Shown: in pieces, positions 37,155 to 47,058 of the stretch
Numbering within the stretch: the first letter of the stretch is position 1
How the letters are laid out: the number at the start of each line of letters is the position of its first letter
Assembly (NCBI GenBank): GCA_963801355.1
Contig: CAWDEM010000008.1
Coordinates: 1,696,001-1,760,000 of the forward strand
Direction: 5' to 3'
DNA: 64,000 bases
Origin: Ignavibacteriota bacterium
Lineage (GTDB): Bacteria > Bacteroidota > Ignavibacteria > UBA10030 > UBA6906
Notes under the pieces: generated by a model
What the model saw: the letters and a program-made list of their open reading frames with translations, nothing else
What the model was told of the DNA's origin: nothing
The model's database searches: none
Position numbers and translations under genes: made by a program

Positions 37155-37215
37155 AAAAAACCTGGGCTTCTTCCCAGGCTTCTTGCTCAGACGTTGAAAT
37201 CAGGGGTTTCTCTCA
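37155..37215 (+). repeat. Degenerate third copy of the RAYT-flank repeat type at a convergent gene junction
   Basis: aaaaaacctgggcttctt cccaggcttctt gctcagacgtt resembles the left array; contains the hairpin CCTGGG-N6-CCCAGG. Confidence 0.4.
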
Positions 37216-38069
37216 GGGTACCTGCCTATCGCCAGCAGGATTCCGTGCAGTAGCGCTTCCGGCCGCGGAGGGCAGCCTGGAATGTAGACGTCGACCGGAA
37301 CTGTCGTGTCGACACCACCGCACGACGCATAACTCTTCCCAAAAATACCCCCCCCAATCGCACACGCACCTACAGCAACAACAAGCTTGGGGTCCGGGGT
37401 CGCTTCATACGCCTGCCGCAGGGCGATCTCCATATTGCGTGTGACCGGTCCCGTCACCAGCAACATGTCGGCGTGTCGTGGCGATGCAACGAAGTGGATA
37501 CCGAAGCGCTCGATATCGTGCACGGGATTGTTCAAAGCGGTGATTTCGACCTCACATCCGTTACACGAGCCGGCATCAACCTCCCGGATATGCAGAGAAC
37601 CCCCAAAGCGTTGGCGGACTTTCGCTCTCAGTTGCATCCCGACGTCTTCCAGCATTTCCCCCGGTGAGGTCTGGTGGGCTTCCACTTCGACTACACGAGA
37701 GATTCCCTCCCTATTTACAGTGAAGCGCGCCCGGGTCGTCAACGCCGACTTGCGTACCGTCCCAAGCTCGAATTCCTGAGTCAAATGGATTGCCTCCGGG
37801 CACGTCGCTTCACATTCGCCGCAGAAGATGCAGTGGCCGTAATTGATCGACAGGAGCTTCCCGCCCGGTCCATCCGGTGCGGAAGCATTCTCAGTTTCCA
37901 CGGTGATGGCCCGCGTCGGGCACGCAGCAGAACACGTGTCGCATGCGTTGCAACGCGCGTAGTCGATCACCGGCTTCCCACGCAACCCCTTAGGCGCTTC
38001 AGCAATAGTGGCCGGATAGGAACTGGTCGCAACACCGGACGTCAGCACCCGTTTGAGTATCTTCAGCAT
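37200..38069 (-). CDS. Fused HyfH/NuoI-like 2x[4Fe-4S] ferredoxin and HyfI/NuoB-like small subunit of an Ehr complex
   Basis: CNACDTCSAACP and CIFCGECEATCP, then AGSCNGCEVE, SPRHADMLLVTGPVT, GACAIGGG and PGCPPRP. Confidence 0.9.
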   Translation of the reverse strand: MLKILKRVLTSGVATSSYPATIAEAPKGLRGKPVIDYARCNACDTCSAACPTRAITVETENASAPDGPGGKLLSINYGHCIFCGECEATCPEAIHLTQEFELGTVRKSALTTRARFTVNREGISRVVEVEAHQTSPGEMLEDVGMQLRAKVRQRFGGSLHIREVDAGSCNGCEVEITALNNPVHDIERFGIHFVASPRHADMLLVTGPVTRNMEIALRQAYEATPDPKLVVAVGACAIGGGIFGKSYASCGGVDTTVPVDVYIPGCPPRPEALLHGILLAIGRYPERNP

Positions 38070-38090
38070 AACCCTTCCATTACGTACTCT

Positions 38091-39686
38091 TCATCGGTCA
38101 TTGCCAGAATACGAAAGGTTGAAACTCTTATTGATGACGGGAAAATCCGGAACGATGTTGTTCTGTACCGCAAAAGTCAGCGCCCGCCAGTTGTGGAAGG
38201 ATGGGTCCGTGATCTTCCAGCGGAAGATGTTGCCGGATTTGTCCGTCATGACCCAATGGATGATTTCACCCCTCCACCCTTCCACGTACCCGAGTGCCTG
38301 CCGCAGAGGAGGAATCTCCGCCAGGTTCGTTATAATTGCCTCGCCGATGTGTTGATGATGCGCCTGGTCCAGCATCATGAAGGATTGCCGCACCTCGTCG
38401 ATGCGGACTTGCATGCGCGCGAGCACATCTCCTTCGTCGTGCCCGGCCACCGTGAAATGGAGATACGGATAGGCGCAGTGTGGATGATCCCGACGGAAAT
38501 CCCGGTCGATCCCGGAGGCCCTCCCTGCGAGACCCGTGGCACCGAGCCGTTCTGCGTCGGCGTGCCTCAGCACTCCCGTCCCTTCAAGCCGGTCCACCAC
38601 GGATGCGCTGGACATGACGAGATCAACCAGATTGCTGAACGAGCGTTCCACCTGCCCCAGTGTCTCACGTAACGCCTGGCGCCTGGCTGGCGAATCTTCG
38701 GGATCCCGGCGAACGCCGCCAACCGCTGCAAGACTCCTGAGCAGCCTGCTCCCCGTGAGGAGTTCGTTGAGGTGGAGGAGTTTCTCCTTCAGTTCCGACG
38801 CTGCGCCGGCACCTACGGCAAAACCCACATCGAGGAGTATTGCACCGACATCCCCGATATGATTATACAGCCGCTCGAGCTCCAGCAGGATGGTCCGGAT
38901 CATGACCGCCCGCTGGGGTATTTCGGCCCCGCTGAGCCGCTCGAGCGCTTGGCAGAATGCGAGGGCATGGGCAAAGGACGAATCGCCGGACACCCGCTCA
39001 GCAAGGAACACTGCGCGCCGCGGGTCCATTCCTTCGGCAATCTTTTCGGTTCCTTTGTGCGTATAGAAGAGCTGCGCATCAAGGTTGATGATCGGCTCGC
39101 CGGCAACGCTGAACCGGAAGTGCCCAGGTTCAATAATCCCCGCATGCACAGGACCCACCGGGATTTCAAAGACCCCTTCCCCCTCCACGCGCTTGAAATC
39201 AAATATCCCCCTGGCACGGGGAACAGGCCTCTTCAGGTCAACATCCTTCAGCATGGGGTGCACATCTTCGGGCCAGTCCGGGTGCGATGCCAGCGGGGAA
39301 ATATTCGGAAACGCGACAATCCCGAACCAGTCTTTGACCTCCCGCTCAAACCAATTGGCACCTTCGAGGGTTGGACTGATTGAAGGGACTTCCATGTGGC
39401 GGGGATCCACCGGTACCTGAAGGATCACGAAAAGATCCTTCTCCGGCACGGAAAACACGTAGTACAGAAACAACCGCCCGCTGAGCGTCCGCTCATCATT
39501 TGCCACGAGAGTCGTGAAATGGGCCCCCAGGTATTCCGTCAGCAGCGAGCATGTATCCGGCAGGGCCCTTAGCGATTCCTGCCGCAACGTGAGATACACT
39601 TCGTTTGCCGCGACCCCCTCACGGATCGTCACGCGATCGCCGAGAGATTCCGTGAGCGACGCAATATAGTCATGCATTCCGTTCAT
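38091..39686 (-). CDS. HyfG/NuoCD-like large subunit lacking the NiFe-binding CxxC motifs (Ehr large subunit)
   Basis: FEREVKDWFGI, HPDWP, GPVHAGIIEPGHFRF and ELERLYNH. The L1 site reads ERVSGDSSFAH and the L2 site DFPVINKSFNLSYSGND, with no Cys. Start taken at MNGMHD (39686). Confidence 0.9.
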   Translation of the reverse strand: MNGMHDYIASLTESLGDRVTIREGVAANEVYLTLRQESLRALPDTCSLLTEYLGAHFTTLVANDERTLSGRLFLYYVFSVPEKDLFVILQVPVDPRHMEVPSISPTLEGANWFEREVKDWFGIVAFPNISPLASHPDWPEDVHPMLKDVDLKRPVPRARGIFDFKRVEGEGVFEIPVGPVHAGIIEPGHFRFSVAGEPIINLDAQLFYTHKGTEKIAEGMDPRRAVFLAERVSGDSSFAHALAFCQALERLSGAEIPQRAVMIRTILLELERLYNHIGDVGAILLDVGFAVGAGAASELKEKLLHLNELLTGSRLLRSLAAVGGVRRDPEDSPARRQALRETLGQVERSFSNLVDLVMSSASVVDRLEGTGVLRHADAERLGATGLAGRASGIDRDFRRDHPHCAYPYLHFTVAGHDEGDVLARMQVRIDEVRQSFMMLDQAHHQHIGEAIITNLAEIPPLRQALGYVEGWRGEIIHWVMTDKSGNIFRWKITDPSFHNWRALTFAVQNNIVPDFPVINKSFNLSYSGNDR

Positions 39687-39691
39687 TTTCC

Positions 39692-41164
39692 TCAACCCAT
39701 CAGGACAGCCACAGCATTCTGAATGCATTGCTGCAACGGGGGCGGAATGTACACCCCGAGCAGAAGAAGCGCCGCAAGCAGCACGCCAAGGAGGAAGAGC
39801 GACGCCGGGTCGGCATCGCCGCCCGTGACAGGCGCGGCTGGTGTTCCAAGAACCATTTTCGACGTGTAGTAGACAAACCCCACGAAGATGCTCACGACGA
39901 ACCCGATGAACAAAACCGATGGCACAGCCTGACCGCTCGCAAAACCCGCACTCACGATCGTCAACTCGCTGACGAACGCTCCGAACGGTGGCCATCCTGT
40001 GAGTGCGAAGACCCCGACAATGAGGAACGTTGCCGATACTGGGATGACGGTAATGGCTCCGCTCACTTTACGCATGATCTTCGACTTGTAGGCCAGGCGC
40101 ACGTTGCTGGCAGTCAGAAACAGCAGAACCTTGGCGATGGCGTTCACCAGCACGTGCAGCATCGCCCCGAAATACGCCAGCGGCGAGCCGATGCCCAGCG
40201 CAAAGACAATGATGCCGACGTGCTCGACACTCGAATACGCCAGCAATCTCTTGAAACTCCGCTGCACTAAGATGAAGGGCACGGCCATCCCCATGGACAC
40301 CAGGCCAAAGACGACGAAGAGTGTGGAAGCGTATCCGTCACCCAGCGCGGCATTCACGAGAATGTAAAAACGCATGAGCGAGTACAGCGCAACGTTCACC
40401 AGCCCTGCCGCCATGAGGGCACTGATGGGTGCGGGCGCTTCACTGTACGCATCAGGCTTCCATGTGTGCATGGGCGCCAGTCCGGCTTTCGTCCCGAACC
40501 CGACCAGTATGAAAATGAACGCAAGCTTGAGCACAGCGGGATCAAGTTCTTTGGCAACGCCCATGAGCGAGGACCAGTTCAAAGCGTTCCCCGCAGCCGG
40601 GACTACGTGCAGTGCCGAGAAATAAGTGAGAATGATGCCAAACAACGCAAGAGCAATGCCGACGGAGCAAATGATGACGTACTTCCACGCAGCTTCGATC
40701 GAGCTCTCCCGCTCGTAGAAGGCCACAAGGAGGGCCGTCGCAAGCGTGGTTGCTTCCGTCCCGATCCAGAGGAAACCCAGATTGTTGGAGATCAACACCA
40801 ACATCATGGTGAACAGAAACACGTTCAGGAGGAGATAATACAGCCACAACTGCCGGCCATCGACATTCCGGCTGCGCACTTGCCGGCGCAAGTAGCCGAC
40901 CGAAAAGAGCGCAACGACCAATGCACTACCGCAGACAATGACGGCAATGTACGCCGATAGACCGTCGGCGTACCACCACCCCTGCGGCGAACTGATGGTC
41001 TTGTGCTCCATGATCACCGACATCAACCACAACGCCGACAGGAACGTCACCCCGGCACTCATCACGGAGATCACCTCAAGGATTCTGCGTCTATGAAACA
41101 CAGCACACAGAACGCTGCCGGTGATCGGCGTGCCGATGAGGAGTGAGAAGAGAATGGTGCTCAA
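39692..41164 (-). CDS. hyfF: HyfF-like proton-translocating membrane subunit
   Basis: WIGTEATTLATALLV, EAAWKY, GFGTKAGLAPMHTWKPDAYSEAPAP and KRLLAYSSVEH. Confidence 0.9.
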   Translation of the reverse strand: MSTILFSLLIGTPITGSVLCAVFHRRRILEVISVMSAGVTFLSALWLMSVIMEHKTISSPQGWWYADGLSAYIAVIVCGSALVVALFSVGYLRRQVRSRNVDGRQLWLYYLLLNVFLFTMMLVLISNNLGFLWIGTEATTLATALLVAFYERESSIEAAWKYVIICSVGIALALFGIILTYFSALHVVPAAGNALNWSSLMGVAKELDPAVLKLAFIFILVGFGTKAGLAPMHTWKPDAYSEAPAPISALMAAGLVNVALYSLMRFYILVNAALGDGYASTLFVVFGLVSMGMAVPFILVQRSFKRLLAYSSVEHVGIIVFALGIGSPLAYFGAMLHVLVNAIAKVLLFLTASNVRLAYKSKIMRKVSGAITVIPVSATFLIVGVFALTGWPPFGAFVSELTIVSAGFASGQAVPSVLFIGFVVSIFVGFVYYTSKMVLGTPAAPVTGGDADPASLFLLGVLLAALLLLGVYIPPPLQQCIQNAVAVLMG

Positions 41165-41838
41165 TGCCGCAGGCTCCTGAGCGCGTCTATATTGATCGAC
41201 TCAAATGTCTTGTTGATGCGGAAGACAAACACACCAAGAATCAGCACCGCGATCAGAATATCAAAGAAAATCCCCACCTCGACGATGAGCGGCATGCCAT
41301 AGGTGATTGACAGGCCTGAGAGAAAGACCCCGTTCTCCATGGTCAGCAACCCGATAATCTGCGTGATGGCTTTCTTTCGCGTGGTCATGATGAACAAACC
41401 AATCAGCATCAACGCGATGGACACGGACAGAACGCGTGAGACAGCGGGGACCCCCGCCTCCTGCACGGCCAGGATCGACTGCGCCACAGAGTCCGCCACG
41501 ATGACCATGCCGCCGCACAGCAGGAGCGATACGGTAATGTTAATGCTGAATCCCACCTCTTTCTGCACCTGTATCCGATCGATCATCTTGGTCAGTACGA
41601 TTGGAATGGCAATGGCTTTGAGGACAATCGTCAGGACCGCAGCAATGAGGATATGCATTTCCCCGTACCCTACCACGACGAGCAACGCCGCGACGCCGAG
41701 AAAGGTCGATTGGAGGGCAAACAACCTGATATAGAATCCGAGGTTGCGACTGGAAACGATCAGGAATGCCGTCACAAGAATCGCCGCAGCACAAATATCG
41801 ATGAGCAAGCCGATGGTTTGAAGATGCGTGGGATTCAC
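41161..41838 (-). CDS. hyfE: HyfE-like membrane subunit
   Basis: RKKAITQIIGLLTMENGVFL and GMPLIVEVGIFFD; GTG start at 41838 just after the upstream stop. Confidence 0.88.
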   Translation of the reverse strand: MNPTHLQTIGLLIDICAAAILVTAFLIVSSRNLGFYIRLFALQSTFLGVAALLVVVGYGEMHILIAAVLTIVLKAIAIPIVLTKMIDRIQVQKEVGFSINITVSLLLCGGMVIVADSVAQSILAVQEAGVPAVSRVLSVSIALMLIGLFIMTTRKKAITQIIGLLTMENGVFLSGLSITYGMPLIVEVGIFFDILIAVLILGVFVFRINKTFESINIDALRSLRH

Positions 41839-41840
41839 AG

Positions 41841-42797
41841 CTATGCTCCAATGATGAAGTAGAGAATCAACGCGAGCAATGAAAGGATGAATGCCACCAT
41901 GAGGAGTTCGGGCACACGGAACAGACGCAGCTTGGCGTTCATTGATTCGACCACGGCAACGATCACAGCCAGCACGGTGGCTTTCAGGCAGAACGCACCC
42001 ACCCCCATGGCCAGGGCCCATGGCGACCACGTCCCTGCCATGCCGATGGGAAAGAACATGTTGGACAGCAGTGCAAGGAACACGACGAGCTTGATCTGCG
42101 ATGCCCACTCGACAAGCGCCAGGTAACGGCCCGAATATTCAAGGATCATCGCCTCGTGGATCATCGTCAGCTCCAGATGTGTTGCCGGATTGTCAACCGG
42201 GATTCGTCCTGTCTCGGCGATCATGACAATGAACAGACCGGCAAACGCAAGAAGATGGGCGGGATTCATCATCGACAGAGGCGAGGCGGACAGTCGCTCA
42301 ACCACGATGCTGAGATTCGTCGAGCCGGCGGTAACCGATGCGGTAAAAATCGCGAGCATCATCGCCGGTTCGACGATGGACGCAATCGACATTTCGCGAC
42401 TCGACCCGAGTCCGCCGAATGCACTCCCCGTGTCCAGACCCGCAAGGGCGAGGAAGAACCTGCCCAGAGCAAAGAGATAGATTACGGTGATGATGTCCCC
42501 CACCCAATGCAGGGGCACCGGGGTGATAACGGTCGGCACCAGCAATGCGATTACCAGCATAGACCCGAAGACCAGGTACGGCGTCGCATGAAACAGCCAC
42601 GATGCGACAGAGGAGACGACAATCTCCTTCTTGAAAAGTTTGGCGAGGTCGAAATACGGCTGGAGGACACTCGCGCCACGCCTGTTCTGGAACCGTGCCT
42701 TCGTTTTCCTGACGACACCGGTCACCAGCGGGGCGATGGCAAGCACCAGGATCAGGTGCGCAAGTGAAGCCGCTATCGTCGTGAGGATCTCGTTCAT
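41841..42797 (-). CDS. hyfC: HyfC/NuoH-like membrane subunit
   Basis: RRGASVLQPYFDLAKLFKKE, GSAFGGLGSSRE and ETGRIPVDNPATHLELTMIHEAMILEYSG. Confidence 0.92.
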   Translation of the reverse strand: MNEILTTIAASLAHLILVLAIAPLVTGVVRKTKARFQNRRGASVLQPYFDLAKLFKKEIVVSSVASWLFHATPYLVFGSMLVIALLVPTVITPVPLHWVGDIITVIYLFALGRFFLALAGLDTGSAFGGLGSSREMSIASIVEPAMMLAIFTASVTAGSTNLSIVVERLSASPLSMMNPAHLLAFAGLFIVMIAETGRIPVDNPATHLELTMIHEAMILEYSGRYLALVEWASQIKLVVFLALLSNMFFPIGMAGTWSPWALAMGVGAFCLKATVLAVIVAVVESMNAKLRLFRVPELLMVAFILSLLALILYFIIGA

Positions 42798-44878
42798 CGC
42801 GCGAACAGGAGGAGTATCACGAGAGTAATGAAGATATACGCAAGATATGTCTGGATATGCCCGGTTTGAATTCTTCGCATCATACGTGCCGATTTCAGGA
42901 TAACACGACTGACCGGTTCATACAGGTATTTCAGAAACACCGATTCCGTCTTCAGCTCATACCTCATCTGTGGCTGGAAATACGGTGATGAGACCTCGGA
43001 GACTTCTATCTCGTGCGTCGCCCGGTAGATGCTCGAGAAGATCATCCGTATAGGCTTGCTGAAACCTGTGGCAGTATATTGCATCCGGGGTTCAAGTTTT
43101 TCCAGTCCGCACCCCCAGGTCATGGCAATGCGTTTGCGTAGTTTTCCACCGACGACAAATCCTATGCCGATCGGCACAAGCATGATGACCAGCAGCAATC
43201 CGGCGAGCACCGCGGGAGCAATGCTTGTCGATGTGCTCTGGGGAATGATCAGCATTCCTCCGTTGAGCGCAATCTGGCCGGAGATGTTCGCTCCCAGCAG
43301 CGAAGCAGCGAGCGGGTCCAACACCGACACAACCAGTCCAGGCGCCACGCCAAAGACCACGCACAGGATGGAAAGCAGCCCCATTGCGGCAATCATGGAG
43401 GGAGAGGACTCGTGGGCCCTTTCCGCATGTACGGAGCGCGGGAGGCCCAGAAAGGTTATTCCGAAGGCCTTGACAAAACAGGCGGCCGCGAGCGCCCCCG
43501 TCAGTGCAAGAAGGGCCACGGTGAGCGGGACAGCGATCTTGACTGTAAGGTCGGAGATCTGGAATCCAAGCAGGAGCGCCTGAAACGTCAGCCACTCGCT
43601 GACAAAACCGTTCAATGGAGGAAGGGCCGAGATCGCCACGGCGCCGATCAGAAAGAAGAAGGACGTCCATGGCATCTTCTTGACAAGACCTCCCAGGTCT
43701 TCGATATTCCTGGAATGTGTGGCATGGAGGACGGAGCCGGCACCCAAAAAAAGGAGCCCTTTGAATATGGCGTGATTCAAGACGTGGTAGAGGCCCGCGA
43801 TCAGGGCAATTGCGGCGAGCGGCTTGTTCCCCAGGGCCGCAAATAGCAGCGCCGCGCCAACGCCCATGAGAATGATGCCGATATTCTCGATGCTGTGGTA
43901 CGCCAGCAACCGCTTCAGATCATGTTCCATGAGCGCGTAAAGGACACCCAGCACCGACGAGGAAACTGCCACAACGAGGATCAGCACCCCCCACCATGCC
44001 GGAACATCCGGCCCGAGGAAATCGAAAAACACACGCACCATGCCGTAGATGCCGGTCTTGATCATGACGCCGGACATCAACGCCGAGACATTTGATGGTG
44101 CCGCGGGGTGCGCTTCCGGCAGCCAGATGTGAAACGGAATGATCCCGGCCTTGATGCCGAAACCGATTGTGGTGCAAAGGAAGAGGAGTGATCGGACAAG
44201 TGCGGGTATGCGTGACCCGGTATCCTTGAATGCTTCAAAACTGAATGATCCCGTGTACGTTTGGAGCGTCACAAACATCACGAGAAGAAAGGCGGTCCCG
44301 ATATGCGTCATCACTACATAGAGCCAGGCAGCCCGCCGGGCAACAGGCTCCTCGTGCTCATACGAAATCAGGAAATACGTCGTGAGCGACATGACCTCCC
44401 AGGCAAAGAGGAAGACTACCGCATGACCGGCGAGGACGACCCCCACCATCGACAGGAGAAACCCGTTGTACAGAAAAAGAAGTACGCCGACAGCATGTCG
44501 CGGGGACAGTTCTTTCGTATAGCCGAGCGAGTAGACCGACACGGCAACAGCAAGAAGTGAGATGATGCCGAGGAACAAGGCTGAGAGACCGTCTGCATCG
44601 AGTGTGAGCGACCCGAAAAGCAATGTCCGTCCCAGCTCAACGTGCAGGGGTGCGCCGGACAACAAAATTGTAAGCGAGAGGAGACAACCTGCGAGGGAGG
44701 AGAGCAACGCCAGCGTGAATCCGAGATACCGGGCGGCCGTGTTGAGCGCCGCACGGGAATTCGGAAACCGCCGCCCGGCGATAGTCAGCATCACCGGAAG
44801 CAGTGCTCCAAGAGAGTACCCAAGCACAATACACAGGAGAAGAAGCGACTCCAACGAGATCCCTTCAAGCGAATGCAC
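42794..44878 (-). CDS. hyfB: HyfB-like proton-translocating membrane subunit
   Basis: FAWEVMSL, KAGIIPFHIWLPEAHPAAPS, KRLLAYHSIENIG, LPPLNGFVSEW and WGCG...RMQYTATGF. Confidence 0.92.
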   Translation of the reverse strand: MHSLEGISLESLLLLCIVLGYSLGALLPVMLTIAGRRFPNSRAALNTAARYLGFTLALLSSLAGCLLSLTILLSGAPLHVELGRTLLFGSLTLDADGLSALFLGIISLLAVAVSVYSLGYTKELSPRHAVGVLLFLYNGFLLSMVGVVLAGHAVVFLFAWEVMSLTTYFLISYEHEEPVARRAAWLYVVMTHIGTAFLLVMFVTLQTYTGSFSFEAFKDTGSRIPALVRSLLFLCTTIGFGIKAGIIPFHIWLPEAHPAAPSNVSALMSGVMIKTGIYGMVRVFFDFLGPDVPAWWGVLILVVAVSSSVLGVLYALMEHDLKRLLAYHSIENIGIILMGVGAALLFAALGNKPLAAIALIAGLYHVLNHAIFKGLLFLGAGSVLHATHSRNIEDLGGLVKKMPWTSFFFLIGAVAISALPPLNGFVSEWLTFQALLLGFQISDLTVKIAVPLTVALLALTGALAAACFVKAFGITFLGLPRSVHAERAHESSPSMIAAMGLLSILCVVFGVAPGLVVSVLDPLAASLLGANISGQIALNGGMLIIPQSTSTSIAPAVLAGLLLVIMLVPIGIGFVVGGKLRKRIAMTWGCGLEKLEPRMQYTATGFSKPIRMIFSSIYRATHEIEVSEVSSPYFQPQMRYELKTESVFLKYLYEPVSRVILKSARMMRRIQTGHIQTYLAYIFITLVILLLFAR

Positions 44879-44898
44879 ATCTGCGGTGGAGGAAGATT

Positions 44899-44923
44899 TG
44901 AAGAATAAATATACGTATCTTCA
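44899..44923. promoter_or_regulatory. Inverted repeat upstream of the hyf/ehr operon, possible repressor site
   Basis: TGAAGA-N13-TCTTCA in an AT-rich stretch, with TAATAT on the minus strand at about 44926-44931. Confidence 0.3.
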
Positions 44924-44958
44924 CGATATTACAAAAACGAACAGTTCCCTTCCTCCGT

Positions 44959-46098
44959 TCAGTCCTTCGGCTTCGCAACAACATCAATTGCCACGACAAC
45001 CCTCAGTGCCTTCCCCGGCGCGGTGAACAGGTTCTTTACCTCGTACGTAGCAGTCACGGGTCTCGCAAGCGTGAGAGAATTGCTCTGCGCGTGAACCATG
45101 AAGAGTGCCGTCCTCCCCGCAGAGAGCTCGATTTCAGGCGGGAACCATATACTCGAATCAGATTGTACCAGCACAAGGGTATATGGAAGATCTGAATGAT
45201 TGGTCACCCGCGACATCCCCGGTCCCTTCCCGGTCAGAGTAAAACTCTTGGTGCTGAAGGAGATCGATTTCTCGAATATTTCCTTCAACCACCGTTCTTC
45301 ACCGAACAACTCCTTCCCTCTCATTACAGCAGTCCGCCGCTCAAGAATGGCCTCCTTGATGGATTCCGCACTGCGCTCCCGCGCAAAGACCAGGGTGATC
45401 GGACGGAGCCGCTCTGGTTCCGTTCCGAACTCGAAGTCAATCGGCGCATGGCTGTCTGAATTCCCCAGCAGCGCGACGTTCTTCTCCAGACACCAGGCGA
45501 ACACGTCCGGGTAGTACTCAATGTGATTCGCGATTTCTATCCCTTTGAGGATGCCGCTCGAGAGAAGGTACGTGTGTTCGTCGTACCACCGGGAGATATG
45601 ATCGGGCTGCTGACCTCCCCATCCCGGATGATTCCAGAAAATAAGCGCCCCTTGTTTTGTGGCTTCATCCACGGCGTCTTTCCATGTCTCCTTCACCAGG
45701 GCATTGGCATCCTGTACAAAGATGGCATTCAGGTGTCCGGGAGGCATGGAGCGCGTGATTTCAGCCCCGGGTATGAGAATGAGCCCGGCAGTCGCGGCGT
45801 CCTTTTGCGCAAGTTTGAATGGAGCATTCCTGTCTTTTGAAACGTATTCCGACTTCGGCTGATATTCCAGATGGTCTGTCAGTGCGATTGCATCGAGTCC
45901 TCCGAGGACTGCCTCCTTCACGCGAAACGTGGGCCACACGTCGCCATCCGAGAAGACCGTATGCATATGGAAGTCGCACTTCAGCGTACGGTACCCCGCG
46001 ACATCCGGGATGTCTATTGTATTAATATAGGTCGTTTGTGGAAACGCAGCTGCAGAAAGGAGAAGTACGGCGGCGATGAGTACATGTCCCCGTGTCAT
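44959..46098 (-). CDS. Exported PHP-domain phosphoesterase (histidinol-phosphatase-like/Sb-PDE-like)
   Basis: Signal peptide MTRGHVLIAAVLLLSAAAFP; CDFHMHTVFSDG, TDHLEY, GAEIT, GHLNA, WNHPGW and NSDSH. Confidence 0.85.
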   Translation of the reverse strand: MTRGHVLIAAVLLLSAAAFPQTTYINTIDIPDVAGYRTLKCDFHMHTVFSDGDVWPTFRVKEAVLGGLDAIALTDHLEYQPKSEYVSKDRNAPFKLAQKDAATAGLILIPGAEITRSMPPGHLNAIFVQDANALVKETWKDAVDEATKQGALIFWNHPGWGGQQPDHISRWYDEHTYLLSSGILKGIEIANHIEYYPDVFAWCLEKNVALLGNSDSHAPIDFEFGTEPERLRPITLVFARERSAESIKEAILERRTAVMRGKELFGEERWLKEIFEKSISFSTKSFTLTGKGPGMSRVTNHSDLPYTLVLVQSDSSIWFPPEIELSAGRTALFMVHAQSNSLTLARPVTATYEVKNLFTAPGKALRVVVAIDVVAKPKD

Positions 46099-46178
46099 CG
46101 ATTTCCTCCATAGTGCGGTGAAGAAGAACGGCGGGCTTACGTACACTTCAGGATCTGACTCCTGCATCACCCAGCATC

Positions 46179-46207
46179 AAAAAAAAGCCGGCACGCATCA
46201 TGCCGGC
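46179..46207 (-). terminator. Rho-independent terminator after the OmpA-family gene
   Basis: Minus strand GCCGGCA-TGATGCG-TGCCGGC followed by T8. Confidence 0.85.
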
Positions 46208-46233
46208 ATTCCATCCACACACAGAGAGAATCC

Positions 46234-46908
46234 CTACTTGATCAATCCCTTCTCGGCAGCATCTTTCAGTTCGTCGTTCGCGTAGATCGCGATCTCAACG
46301 CGGCGATTCTGATTGCGACCTTCGACTGTGCTGTTATCGGCAATCGGTTGCTTCTCGCCGTAGCCAACCGCCTTGAAACGCCCTGCATCCACTCCAACAC
46401 CCGTGGCGTATCCGGAAACGGATGCGGCCCGCTTCTCGGAGAGCGTCTGGTTATATTCATCCGTCCCGGTGGCGTCGGTGTGGCCTTCCACAAGAACTTC
46501 AGTGTCTTTGTACTTGTTCAGAATCTTGGAGAGGTTTCCGATATTTGTCTTGGCTTTGTCGGTGAGATTTGAGGAATTCACGGCGAACAGGATACCAGAA
46601 TCGAATGTGATCTTGATCCCTTCCCCGATGCGTTCCACTTTCGCACCTTGAATATCCTTCTCAATTTCCTCTGCCTGCTGGTCCATATAGTTGCCGATCA
46701 GCGCACCGGCCGTCCCGCCGATTGCCGCGCCGATGATGGCTCCGACTGCGGTGTTCCCCGCTGCATTACCGACGAGGCCGCCGATGACGCCGCCTGCGGC
46801 TGCACCAATGGCACCTCCCTGGACCGCACTGCTTGTGCCGCAACCTGCACCCACAAGCGAAAGTGAAATTAAGAGCGCGAGCCCGGCCTTCATCCATGTC
46901 GTATTCAT
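46234..46908 (-). CDS. OmpA-family lipoprotein with glycine zipper
   Basis: Lipobox VGAGC; GAIGAAAGGVIGG zipper; EGHTDATG, LSEKRAASV, GYGEKQP and NRRVEI. Confidence 0.95.
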   Translation of the reverse strand: MNTTWMKAGLALLISLSLVGAGCGTSSAVQGGAIGAAAGGVIGGLVGNAAGNTAVGAIIGAAIGGTAGALIGNYMDQQAEEIEKDIQGAKVERIGEGIKITFDSGILFAVNSSNLTDKAKTNIGNLSKILNKYKDTEVLVEGHTDATGTDEYNQTLSEKRAASVSGYATGVGVDAGRFKAVGYGEKQPIADNSTVEGRNQNRRVEIAIYANDELKDAAEKGLIK

Positions 46909-47058
46909 GTATGTCCTCCTCTAAGATGGTTCACTCACTTCGCCACATTACTCCGGACAGCTTGAATCGTTGAGACAAGATACCGACTTTCCATCAATAC
47001 CACAAGGGGGGGGGGAAGTGAGTGGCAGCATCCCGCATCCATCACACCGGACAATCTC

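Noticed and set aside
38091-39686. Call as a [NiFe]-hydrogenase large subunit
   Set aside because: Both Ni-binding CxxC motifs are missing.
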